This document shows positions 25,524-43,923 of a stretch of 52,547 nt of DNA, in pieces (position 1 is the stretch's first letter; every line of letters begins with the position of its first letter). Source of the DNA: Ancylonema sp. (lineage: Eukaryota); NCBI GenBank assembly GCA_050230475.1, contig JBFLGF010000221.1, positions 1 through 52,547 of the forward strand, given 5' to 3'. The notes under the pieces were generated by a model that did no database searches, was not told the origin of the DNA, and saw only the letters and a program-made list of their open reading frames with translations. Made by a program: the position numbers and the translations under genes.

Positions 25524-27072
25524 GACATGTGGTAGACACGAGGAACCCCTTTTTTGCTACTCACATCGATAGGTGGAGCAGTGAATGGTGCCTCTGCAAT
25601 CTTCAAGTTCTCCCTGACTGCCCAACCCCACCCCAACCCCCCCACGCAAAAAGAGGTACATGGTAAGATACGCCAGAGCACAAGGCGGTATCTAGGTCAG
25701 ATTCCACAATGATTTCGCCATTTTCGCCATTTGCGCCATTTTCGCCGTTTTCGTGTGGGAATTTTCGTGACGTGTGCTGATTTTCATTCACGCAGCAATG
25801 CAACAAATCTGGAAAATCTTGCAAATTTGCAAATGTAAATTCGAATGAATTTGAACAATTTGTATAATATTAATTGAACCGTAAGCTTCGCAAATATCTA
25901 TCAACGTACACCCGAACATACATTGATGCTGGAGTAGCCACTTCTATCAAGTCGGCTCTCGAGTGGCGCCCGAGCTATATGTACTTACATACTATATGTA
26001 CTGAAATACTATATGTACTGACATACTATATGTACTCACATACTATATGTACTTACATACTATATGTACTCACATACTAAATGTACTGACACACTATATG
26101 TACTGACATACTAAATGTACTGACATACTAAATGTACTGACATACTATATGTACTTACATACTATATGTACTTACATACTAAATGTACTGACATGCTATA
26201 TGTACTTATAGACTATATGTACTTACATACTATATGTACTTATAGACTATATGTACTTACATACTATATGTACTAACATACTATATGTACTTACATACTA
26301 TATGTACTTATATACTATATGTACTTAAGCACTATATGTACTTGTGTGTACTTATGACTTCATATGTGATCATACACGATATGTGCTTATGTTATATATG
26401 CATGGCAAGTGAAATCGATGGCAATCAGCTGAGCGCCCTCCTTGAAAAATCAATTTCTAAGGATTTCTTTCCAACTACGCTCGCTGCCACTGATAGTACG
26501 CACAAAGTCAGGGTTCGGATTCGGATTCGGGTTCGGGTTTGGGGTTCGGGTTCGGGTCCGGGTTCGGGCTCGGGCGTAGTGACACGCTTTGTTGCTCTCT
26601 GGATCACTCACAAGCGATGGTCTGGTAACCAGAGTGTGCTAGAAGCAGCAAGCCCGTTATACCGAACAGATAGTCCAGCGAGCTAGGCCCTTGTCTGCAC
26701 ATCAGCAATTACAAACAGGGAGTTAATAAATCTATGAAGGACAGGGTACTCATCTTCTGCAGAATGAGGCTAAGTGAAGTCAGCCAGGACTTATATTGAA
26801 GTTTATTAGACTCCCACAACCGACATGATATGCATCTGATGTGAGGACATACCGATCTGCATCTGATATGCGTCTGATGCTAACTTGAATGATGTGGACC
26901 AAGCATCGTCTTTGGGGCAACTGTCTATACATGTCCATGAAAGCTTCATTGAGTCCAATGAGGCGGCTGCGATGGAACTTCTACCATTCCCTTCGAGAAT
27001 CCTCGACACTCCTCACCTCCTTCGTGTTCGTGAGACTGCATGTCGCCGGACAGGGAATACAGCGTCGGCCAT
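23772..27072 (-). CDS. EMC5: ER membrane protein complex subunit 5 / membrane magnesium transporter, 5 exons
   Basis: Exons 27072-27017, 26694-26612, 25617-25565, 24397-24297, 23871-23772 splice in phase to MADAV...LFGITGLLLLAHSGYQTIAFRENLKIAEAPFTAPPIDVLLELFLG..CLWAS..PG.LQPI..DADNNRLVELPVSSDFMIFSHRAK. This matches the plant MMGT1/EMC5 pattern (LxHAAYS..., PP.DV..E, DFMIFNHRG). Confidence 0.9.
24796..25066. mobile_element. MITE with CCGT termini in an EMC5 intron
   Basis: TA-CCGTACGGGGCACCGTAAATGATTT ... AAATCATTTACGGTGCCCATTACGG-TA. Confidence 0.85.
25976..26345. repeat. 17-bp minisatellite (TATATGTACTTACATAC), ~21 copies
   Basis: Visible tandem array in EMC5 intron 2. Confidence 0.9.
26510..26575. 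repeat. (GGGTTC)n hexamer microsatellite
   Basis: About 10 imperfect copies next to the EMC5 exon 2 donor. Confidence 0.8.
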
Positions 27073-27598
27073 ACTTGACGTGAGGAAGGGCGAAAATAAA
27101 ATAAAATCAGAAGACAACTTGCAGGTCCGGAGTATTGGACAGAAGTACAGCAGTACCGTGTGATCGATTTAGTAGTGCATCAAGTATGCTCGTGGAACGA
27201 CTTCCGGCCCAATTTCCGTAGGGAGTCCTGGAGTTCGGATCTAACCATGTGGGGGATGCCTATAGCCAGGGGCAACCAACACCAGTATTGCGCCAACACG
27301 CGCCAATTTGTGTTTCGCTGTACGCGAAGCCTGTTCGCTATCGGCCAATATCCGTTTTGCCGGGCGTTGCTTGCGGGCAAATAACGTCAGACTTGTATGA
27401 TATAATATATTGTAACGGGTGTATGCATTTAGACAGGATACTAATCTACACGAGGAATTCTGGCAGGATTTACTGTCGCTTTCTCCTCCCTCAACTTCGA
27501 GTGGAAAGTCATCATAGCAGAGACCGCAACAGTCATCGGCTTGCGATTAAAAATTTATTCCTGTCTCATCTTCAGACTTCTAAAATTTCAAAGAATTC

Positions 27599-33871
<6,273 letters not shown>

Positions 33872-34254
33872 GAAAGGATTCAACCCCTTGTCGGTTTTGT
33901 AAATTGAATTAGGATGTCTCCTCGTTTTTATTAGGAAAAATTACCACATCGTTACATCATTTGAGCACTTCGGCCAACTCGTGGTTTTAAGTATTCTTTC
34001 AAAAAATTGGTCGCTCACAACTATTTGAAGTAGATTTATATAGCGTAGCTTGCATCGATGTTGTGCAATTTCTTATATGAATGGATAACAATGGGAGTAG
34101 AGTAAAATTTGTTGATATGTCTATGTGTGTTTGTCTATGTGCAGGCATACATGTATGCATGCATGAATGGATGTATGCATGCACCTATGCTGTATTTATG
34201 TGCATACGAATGTAGTCATGTATGTTGTTTTGCAAGTGTGTATGTATGTATTGG

Positions 34255-34296
<42 letters not shown>

Positions 34297-34314
34297 TGTG
34301 TGTGTGTGTGTGTG
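34255..34314. repeat. (TG)n microsatellite
   Basis: Visible run. Confidence 0.9.
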
Positions 34315-34392
34315 ATTAGAAAGAGGACAAAAAAAAAGTATTTAAAGCAAGATTGTCATCGTAGAGTGTGTCACTATACCAAGACTAGACTA

Positions 34393-34550
34393 CAGTGAAC
34401 CCGTTGTATAGGCACACTATTGATAAGGCACCAGATTCGCCAAACATAAATCATAAGTCCTAGAGAAGTTACCCTCTGTAAAGGCACACACCCTTCATGA
34501 AGGTACCTTAATATGGCCAACTAATTGGGCGCCAATACAACGGTTGACTC
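34393..34550. mobile_element. Small pogo-like MITE
   Basis: TA-CAGTGAACCCGTTGTAT ... ATACAACGGTTGACTC-TA. Confidence 0.6.
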
Positions 34551-34999
34551 TAATTAGAGAAACATATTTCCCTATTTTTCTAGGTTTGTTCATATCGAGT
34601 TTGGAGTGTACCGCGACCTTGTTTGTGTAACGGCCGTGTCCGTTCTTAGTTATGACAGAGGTTGGGGCGCAATCTCAAAATCCTTTGGGGTGCGTGTTGC
34701 TAGGGATAGTAAGTCTAAAAACTCTATGCGTAATTAGGGGTACTTGGGCCCTATGTACAAGAGCACGATAAGAACATGCCGAGAACGCACCTCTGAAAAT
34801 CCCTAAATATTAAGATTCAGAGGCGGTTTGGGGGCGATTTAGGTCCATCCCCCCACCCCACTCGACAACTTAGGGCCTAAATTGCTCTACCGGAGGAAGA
34901 AGAAAAAAAAAAAAAAAAACAAAACAAAACAAATCAAATCAAATCAAATTCGGGGTTTCGGACCAAAACGTACGGACGAGTGATTTTCCGCCATTGCGC

Positions 35000-37900
35000 T
35001 ATGCAGTGATAACTAAGCCCTTCTAAGACTCGCGCCATCGTCGGACGACGAATTAGTTAAGAAACCCGCTGCTAGTGGTTTTGACCTCTTGCTAGTGGTT
35101 TTGACCTCTTGTTCCACGTGGCTGCTCATGTTGCGAGGGGTCGCATTCCGGCGTCTATTTGTCATCTATTAGGGGCATCTCGGCTGGTGGCGTTGGATAA
35201 GGGCGGCGGGGCGGTACGTCCCCTTGCTGTGGGGGAGGGGTTTTATCGTTTGATCACTCGTGCGATATGCCTTCAGATCCGGGAGGCGCTTCACGACCAT
35301 TTCGAATGGCAGTACGGCTTTGCTTTTAATCTGGGGGGTGCGACTTCTTTTGGAAGCGCGTCCATCTTGGGGTGTCATACAGGTGGACGTGAAGAACGCA
35401 TTCAACACCATCCACCGCCAGGCGGTCTTTGAGGAGCTTCGTGATTCGGGGGGGGGGTTGAGTAGTTTGTTCCCGTTTGTGCGAGCTTTTTATGGGGGGT
35501 CTTCCCCCCAATTCTTCCGTGCTATAGTGATCTGGCGGGGGGGGGGAAGAGGTAGTGGAGTTGGCGTCTTCGACCGGGACTCGTCAGGGGGATCCCCTTG
35601 GGGGGGTAGTGTTCGCCCTCGGCCACCAGCAGGCTCTTCGATCCACCGCAACGGCATTTCCGGACTGCGCCTTTCCTTCAATTGGAGATGACACCCATAT
35701 CGTGGGGTCACCTCCCCGATGTGGTGGAGGCTTTTAAAGTTTTTTGTGGAAGGAGCTTTCAAAACTCGGTCTTTCCGTGCAGCCGTCCCAAGTGTGTGGC
35801 ATGGTCACCATCTGGTCGGGAGGTGTTTCCGATTCTTCCGGAGGGGTGCTCTTATGCTACAGATGGCATTCGTGTGTTGGGGGCGCCTTTTGGGACGAAC
35901 CAGTTTGTGCGAGGCTTCCTGGCAGGTGCGTTGGAGGAAGATACGCGGGGTCTTCAACAATTATGCCTCGTTGAGGATCCGCAGGTGGCCCTCCGCCTAC
36001 TTACGCAAGTGTTTACTGCTCGACCATCATATCTGCTGCGTACTTGCCACCCTACCTCTTCCTTCCTCAACCAGCTCGGGGAGTACGATGCGACGCTGTG
36101 GAGGGTTGTAGAGGCAGATCTATTGGGCGGGGTGGTTGGTTGCACTTCGGACCATATTGGTTTGTCGCGTGACCAAGCTTGTTTGCCGATCGCCCGGGGG
36201 GGCGTGGGTTTGGTTCGTACTACTCGGGTTCTTGCCTCAGCTGCTTTTATTGGCTCTTATGCTCTCGCCGCGCCTGCACTCGCATCAACTCAGCCTTCAG
36301 CGGTTTATCATTCGGCCCGTTTTTCAGCACTGTGGACGGACATCGAGGGCGAGGCTTCGGTCCGCTAGTGGACCCGGTGCGGGTCATTGGCTACAGGCGT
36401 CCCCCATCATTCCCTCCCTTCGTATCCCCCGTCCCCTAGTCCTTACTGCCATGCGCCTGCGCCTCGGGTTTCCCCGCCCATGCCTTGCTACCTATGATAC
36501 GTGCGCGTGCGGCAACTCTATGGACGCCCTGGGTACGCATCTTATGCGCTGCAGTCGAGGGGGGGAGCGCACTTCATCTCATGACTCGGTGCGAGATTCC
36601 GTATATCACATCCTCGAGTCGGGTCAGCATGATCAACGAGAACGTACGGGGTTTCTTCCGTCCGCTCCGGGCGGTCGTGGGGGGCGGGATATTGTTATTT
36701 CGGATGTGGTGGAGGGGCATATTTTGGTGGATGTGGTCATTGCTCACCCCACGCGGCGTGACTTGGTGGATCTCGCGGCTTGTCGAGGGTTGGTGGCCGC
36801 ATAAGATGCAGAACGGCGCAAAGAAACTCATTATCGTGATCGCGCGGCAGGGACCAAGTTTATCCCGTTTGCGTTAGAGGCGTACGGTGCGCTTTCCGAT
36901 GCAAGCAATCGGTTATTGGTGGATTGTGCTCACCGTGCGGCGCAACTCAATGGGCGATCGGGACGGAATGTTAGTTTGTTAGTTACTTGGTTTCGGCAGA
37001 GAGTTTGTGTTGCTTTACAACGTTCTCTAGCACATGCAATCCATGCTAGGACGTTGCGATTGCAAGAGGGTATGGCTCTATTACCTCCCCCCCCTCCGCG
37101 GGTGTTATTGTCGTCAGTAGAGTGAAGGATTGTTGCTCGGGTGTTTTAGGGTTGGGGTTGTTTTCCTTCTTTCTGTTCCTTTAGGTTGGTACGATAACGT
37201 TGGTGTTATACTCAGATGGGGTTCCCATCGTGCTTGAATAAAATGCGTCTTTCTTCTAAGCTCCAAAAGTTAAAAGCGCCTGAAATTTCTTCTAACTCCT
37301 TTCTAACTTTAGAACCCGCTTAGAAAGTTCTAGTGACGTGGCAAGTTTTCCGACGTGGCACACAAGGACCCGGAACGAATCAGAAATTACAATGACGCCC
37401 AGTCACCCAACCTTGGACCTCGGGACCTCGGGACCTCGTTGGCCCGCTAGCCAGAAATCCCACTAGAAAACCCGCTGGCTACGAAACCCTCTAGCACTCA
37501 GACCCCACCCGCTCAGTCGCTGGCACGATTTCCCCACATCGAGTGCATGCTCAGCCATTGATTTTGAAATTTTCTCAGATCGGAAGCTAACGTATGCCAC
37601 CAATTTATGGGGGGGGGGGAAACGAATCCGACCTTTCATTCATTATCCTTTACCAATCGCGCGAATTTTGGGATCATGTTTCTATTATCAGTACTGTATA
37701 ATATTTCACGTTCATAATTTTACCTCGTAAACTTTTTCCGAAAGCACATGAAAATAGGAACAGTTTTCACATCTCCGCTTATCAATCGAAAAAGATTTGA
37801 GGCAGAACGGATGATTCGCGGCAAGCTGCTCGCGGTGGAAGGATCGATGGCTCAGAGAGGGAGCTGAAAATAGGCCGACGAGAGGCTACCGGACGGGGTA

Positions 37901-38114
37901 CTAAGTTTCGCTGACGTGGCACTCGATCGATCGGTAGCTGACTGGACTTTTGGTGTAAGTTTAACCGGCGTTAGTTGGTCAGCCATAACAGATGTGCATT
38001 TTTAAGACGCGACATTCGGGCCACAACGAGTTAGAATCGGCCGGCTTTGGGGTCATTAGGACCCCGAAAGTACACGTCCGTACGCCCTTAAAAGGGCTTA
38101 GTTATCACTGCATA
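35000..38114. mobile_element. Element bounded by 28-bp inverted repeats, hosting the non-LTR insertion
   Basis: TATGCAGTGATAACTAAGCCCTTCTAAG (35000-35027) versus CTTAAAAGGGCTTAGTTATCACTGCATA (38087-38114), one mismatch. Confidence 0.7.
35071..37245 (+). mobile_element. 5'-truncated, frameshifted non-LTR retrotransposon with restriction-like endonuclease (CRE clade-like)
   Basis: RT motifs: SRLVALDK..VRPLAVGE, QVDVKNAFN, GTRQGDPLG, FPSIGDDTHI, GIRVLGAPFG. Then QACLPIARGGVG, WL, C-x-C...H-x3-C..H zinc knuckle (CACG..GTHLMRC..SHD), and RLE motifs DIV..VDV, AERRK, FIPFALEAYG. AATAAA at ~37237. Confidence 0.88.
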
Positions 38115-40582
38115 ACGTACGCCCTTAGGGCGTACGGTGGACATCTTACATAAACAACGTGGTGTCTAATCAGATAACGGCCTATCACGAATTCCTTAAG
38201 CTCAATCGGAAATGTGTGCCTTGAACTGCGACATTGAAGACCTTGGCAACCTTGACCTCTCACTAAGTCGTCCGAGGAACTCGGTATTGAGGCTCTTCGT
38301 AGGAAATACTTGTCTCCACACTTGTGGTCCTAAATGATGAAACAATCACCACTCTCTAGGAATTCGATGATGCATCGGGAAAAAACATTGTTCGAATGTT
38401 TGTATAAATGTCATCCGTTAACTTAGGCACGCCACGTTCCCCCCGTAGTTACCCGAATCGAAAAAACCAATTGGAACCGAGGTCCGGCTTGGTCCGATTT
38501 GTGGACCGGGACGGACCGCGCGGTTCTTAGGGTTTTTTTTTTAGGCGGACAATTTTTGGGTGGCGTGTGAAATACAATTTCTCCCCTTTTCTCTTTTTTT
38601 TGGGCCCTATGAGATGTGTCTAGGCGGTATGATGGTTAGGCGCGAGGTAGGTGGCATTCACCGATAGGAAGGATTGAGAAGCGGAGTGGACAATAGAGTG
38701 GGGGGAAAGCTTGTTGGGCGTACATGAAGGGCTTACGGCTACCTTGTGAAATAATAGTCGGTCATGGGTTTGTCTTCATGTCGAATTTGTGAATGTGTTA
38801 TTCTCTCTCATATATATGTTTCATCGGCGATATTTACAAGATGTTAGAATGAAGATAAAGATGTTAGGATGGTTGGATGTTGCAATGCCAAGCAATTATC
38901 ATACGGTGGGAAAATGGATGAAGAACTTGGGGTATGTGTAGTGAGGTGAAGACATGAGTAGTCGAAAGTAGTAAATGGCCACATTAATAGGCGTATGGAT
39001 TGTCTCGTAAATTTGATCGCTTAGTTTCTCAGTAACTCTGGTGAATGATGATAGGGTACACCGTACGGATGGCTACATTGATTTGTTGAAACTTTCAACT
39101 TGACAGCCACTCAATATTCACTCTCAATATTACGAGATCCGCAAATCGTTCTACAACATTGTAACCTTACCTAACAGCATGTGATTAACATGATGTATAT
39201 GGTAAATTATGAAATGGTTGTTGTGGTGATATCACAACAAGTTCAAATGCTAAAAACAGTGTTAAAGGAAAAAGTACTTGGTCAAAATTTCTTTAAAAAA
39301 ACGGGAGAGCACGTAGGTTTTTTGGTTTTCATACATTAATGGCTCGGCAAAAACATCATGACAATGTTCATGGATGCACATTGAAAAAATACACATGAAA
39401 AATCATTTCCAAATTTTGTTTATTAAGGAAAAAAACAAAAACCTGTAACCACTAGTTACCCGCCGGTCCGAGGTTTTGGGCCTCAAAGCACGGACCTCGG
39501 GCCCGGATGCGGACACCTTTGAACCAGGTTCCGAAGGTTCGGGATTCCCCTTGAGATGAAAAAATGTTTGTATTTTATTATTTTTCCTCGTTCGTGGTTG
39601 TAGAATATAAGTGTCAATGTGCGGGGAAATGTGGCAATGTGTGTTTTTATCGAGTGAATACGCAATCAGCGATGCTTTCAATCATTCTCACTTTCTATGT
39701 CATTTTGATGCTTTACTTTTTTTATACATTTCAGTCACCACTCATTGGATGCTCGTTTCGAAGTTATGCAAATGTAAAGAGGTGTTGGGGAAAAATAAAG
39801 TTTTTTTTGTAATCAGCTTCATGGAATACCCATACATGATTGATTTAGTGAATGTGGTTGTCCATTGGCTCTTAGAAAGGTGGTGAGTCTTGCATTGTCC
39901 ACTCGTTTCGAAAATGTGCTTCAAACACATGTAATCCTTGGAATAACAATTTTTTAGGGGCGCCATTATGTTCTTAGTACTAGAAAGTGCAAAAAATATG
40001 TCTATCTTTAGCACTTTGTAGCAATTTAGGAGTAATCCCTAACTGAAATTTTGACAACTCCCCAGAGATAAATTTAGGGCCTAATTGGTTGTCCCTGCGG
40101 TGTTGCTGTTTTTTCGCAGCCCCACGCAGCCCCGTGCCGCGGGGCTGGCCTGCTGCGATTTGCCTGCTGCGGGGCGGGAGTTGCTGCAATCCAAACGGCT
40201 GGATATTCTGACACGCTGAGTGAGACGCTGCCTAAGCTTCTTTCCGAGAAAACGATTTATGCCCCTCCAATAACCCCCGCCTTCCCCGACACTCTATGCA
40301 CGTGTCGTGGAGATATTCCGCCTCCTCCGTCATCACCAGCCAGCAGCAGTCGAGGGGTCAGTAGACAAATGATATGGGTCGTTATTAGATACCCAGCTGC
40401 AGACGACTTACAGGCACAACGCATTTGTCGTAAGTCATTAGCGTACATAGTCCTTAGCGGTTCAATCGCTCTGTTTAGCGCGCATTCAAGCAAGATTTCC
40501 AAAGAAGACCCATAGACAGCGCCGGCCGCTGGGAAGGTCTTCGCTCTGCTTGTTTTTACAATAAAAACAGGTGTACCTTAAT

Positions 40583-42632
40583 ATGCCACGCGGCGTAGAA
40601 GAAGCCCGTCCGCGGCGCGCCCGAAAAATCCAGAATTATGCCGCGCTGGCAGCCGGCAACTTCGACGAAAAATCAGAGGACAGGTCTGATGAGGACCTCA
40701 AAATCAGACGAGCTCGGACCACCGGGTTACGTGGCAGACCGAGTTTGACCGGAGAAAGTCAAGCAGCAACGACTGCTCAGAGGACCCGGAGGAGAGGCGG
40801 TTCGGGGGGTGGAGAAACGGGTTGGAGCTCCCCCGCGCGACCCAAGGTACCCTGCAACAAATACCCCACGCACGACCCTATGCCTGGCCCTAGGACTTAC
40901 GCTCTGACGGCTGTTCAGCGTGCTTTGCGTCACCGCACATGGAACAACAAACCGACTGTCAGGGTAACGGGTACTGTGAACCGAAAACCGTAAACCGTGG
41001 TCAGTTTCAGGCGAAAGAGACAGGCTGACGAGGTAGCAGGTCGTGCTGCCAGTTTGTTCTTGCAGTCACGCACGTGCCAGTTTCCACCTCTATAAATGCA
41101 CAAACGTAGGGCATACTGGCGAACTGGGCGGTGATCGTTTTGGGTCCGCCCTCCTTATCCTTGTCAAAGAAGAACCATTCCGCAGTTTGGGTTTCCATTC
41201 ACTTTGGGCGAGGACCTCAGAGATGACGTGTCACTCTCTGACACCGCCACCAAGGATGCCCCGGATCAGGATATATTCCGGAAACCCGCCAGAATCTATG
41301 CTCCACTCACCGTCCTCCTCCTCCCCCCTCCCAGAAACCGCCCCCCTGCCCTCCACTCGCCCTCTCCCCTTCCCCCTCCGCCCCCTCCTCGGCCTCCGAA
41401 AGCATTCGCGACGACGGCGAAATCGACGACTCCGGCAGCGACGCTGACGTGGCAGAGGAGGATCTGGAGGCGGAAGAGGAGGAGGCTGAGGAGGAGGAGA
41501 AGGAGGAGGAGGAAGAAGAGGAGGAGGAGGAGGAGGAGGAGGATGTGGAACGTGCCGCCAAGAGGAAACGAGGCGGTGCTTCGGGAGTTGGGGTTTCAAG
41601 AGTGGGCCTTGGGGAGGGATCAAGGGCGGTGAGTGAAACGAATCTAGTGGGTGTGGGTGGTAAGGAGGGGGGGTGTTGTTGTAAGTTCTCCTCGGGCTCC
41701 TTCGGTTTTTTGGGGCCTACTTCTCCTTCGTGCTTGTGGCCATCAGCTCCATATGTTCTTATATGGAGAGGGAGATGCAGTTGGTAGTCGTTTACCCAAC
41801 TTCACTTATGTCCCCCACTTTTGCGTGAATTCATCTCCATGTGTCTCATATGTTGCCTCGTCGCCCAAAACTTTCGTTTGGAGTGCGCAGGGCTTGTCCG
41901 TCCTGCAAACCTACTTGCTTCAAGCTTGCATGGTTCATTAAGCCCTTCGTTTCCACTCTCTTTCTCTTACCCCCCCCCCGTCGCCAGCCACTCAAGTCTC
42001 CCGTGAAGTTAGTCCGCGCAAAATCGTCGACGAAACCAAGAACGGCGCGCGAGCGGCTGCTAAAAAAGATGGGGATCGACCACCGAGCCCCCGTCTACGT
42101 CCCCCAAAAAGGCGCACAACCGCTACTGAAAGACCGGAAAAAAGGACAGGGCCAAGGCCAGGGACAGGGACAGGGACAAACGCAGGCCCCGGCGGCCAGT
42201 GGGGCGGCACCGGGACAGTCGAAGAGACCATCTTCGGGGAGGAAGTCGGTGGGGACGGTGCAAGAAATCGACTACCTCCCAGTCCCCCCCGTCCAACAAG
42301 TGCCTCCCAAGGAGGTGCCTTTGAAAAGGGGAGGGGATGTTGAGGGAGAGGAGGGTGTGGGGACGGGAGGGGGGGGGGGGGTGAATGTCGTGGGTGTGGA
42401 GGGGAGCGTGGTTGGGGGTGGGGGTGGGGGTGGGGTTGAGGGTGGGATTGGGGTTGCGGGAGAATTGTCGAAGGGTGAGGAAGAGGTTGATATCGGCGAG
42501 GAGGGTCCGGGCTTGTTTGGCGATGTGGAAGACATGGAGGGTTCGTTGTTTGAGGGGAGAGGGGTGAGGAGTTATAGTGTGGATTACACGTCAAATTCTT
42601 ATTTAGGTGGCTTGTACCCGTATCAATGCTAG
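40583..42632 (+). CDS. Hypothetical low-complexity, acidic/basic, probably nuclear protein, 3 exons
   Basis: Exons 40583-40846, 41335-41628, 41988-42632 join in phase 0 at canonical sites. Poly-Glu tract, KRKR NLS-like motif and KPRTARERLLKKMGI. No recognised domain. Confidence 0.6.
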
Positions 42633-43923
42633 TCGTGGTTGTCGTTATACATGCAGTCGATTAGGTGGGTTTGGCTTGCGTTCATACTGTTGATAGCTTC
42701 ATCGTCGCATTTTTTATGTTATTGCGTAGGCGTATAAGGCAAATATGGGTATACCTCTACTTGTGGTGTTGTGACGTAGCTTGCAAACTAGTCTTACAGG
42801 GTAGAAAAAGCATAGCAATCACAAAAGAAGGCCTTACACCGAGAACGGCTGCGTACTTGTTATATAAATTTTATATGTACAATAAACTCGGATGAGTATG
42901 TTATGGTATAGAGAGCCCATCCGTGTGTCCTACACCCATGCGCTGCAAATGAAAAATGTATATTTCTCTTGTGCACAGCTTAGTCCCGATCAGTCCAAGA
43001 TTGGTCCTTCTACTTCTAAATTATGATCGGATTTGATCGGCCCGTTGGGCGTGTGCATACTAGGGCAACATTTTTTATCGTTATTGATAGATATAAACAC
43101 ACAAGTTCAAGAAGTCAGAAGCAATGTATTCGCGATAGTGATATGCATAGTTGCGTCCCGGACTCGAGGATGTCATAGTGAATGACATCGTGTGCTCATA
43201 ACGGGTGTGCAGCACCGTTGTCAATGTTATAACTTTCTTCTGCCATCGATGCAAGAATAAAGTTCACTTCTTCTTAATCTCTTTGAATGAAGAAGATCAC
43301 GTCATTACAAACGTTGACACAACAAAAGTTCAAGATTGAAGTAGAAAGTATTGATTACAGAATTCAGCATACAAGCTCAGACCTAGTACAGTCGACTGTT
43401 GCCTGGTCAAAGAATCTACTGCTATCGAAACTACTTCGTCAACTGCCAATCATATCTAAGCATTTTGCCACATCAACTAGTTCTTATCGACACTTGTGCC
43501 AGATGGCCAAGTAATCATTGAAACAAGGACATCGGCCTGCAGGCGGCCTGCAGCCTGCCTGCATTTGCTGAATAACGACAAAACTAAAGCTAAATTCCCG
43601 GTATTGCTGCTAACGATATAACGACAAAAGTTCACAGCCCTTAAAAACTAACAATCAAGGGGTAGGAGCCTTTTATGACATGAATAGTTAAGTTGCCGTT
43701 ATAGCGGGACAAATGTTCTGAGAGCTTCTGTTAAGGTACGGAGATCACAAAGTCGCCGTCAGCCGCCGTTGTGTGGGTTGGATGTCATTGGTTCCCTAGG
43801 ATTTCATGTCTTGCCATAAGTCCTTAGCCGATAGCCACCAAGTTTAGCCAACAGGGTGCCGCTGTCACGCGTGGTGCGACCGCTGTTGTAGGTTTTCGGG
43901 CCAGCGCCGCTCTTCGAGACAGT

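Noticed and set aside
43150..43921. 5' LTR boundaries of element A
   Set aside because: Several TG starts are possible and no second LTR is in the window to define it.
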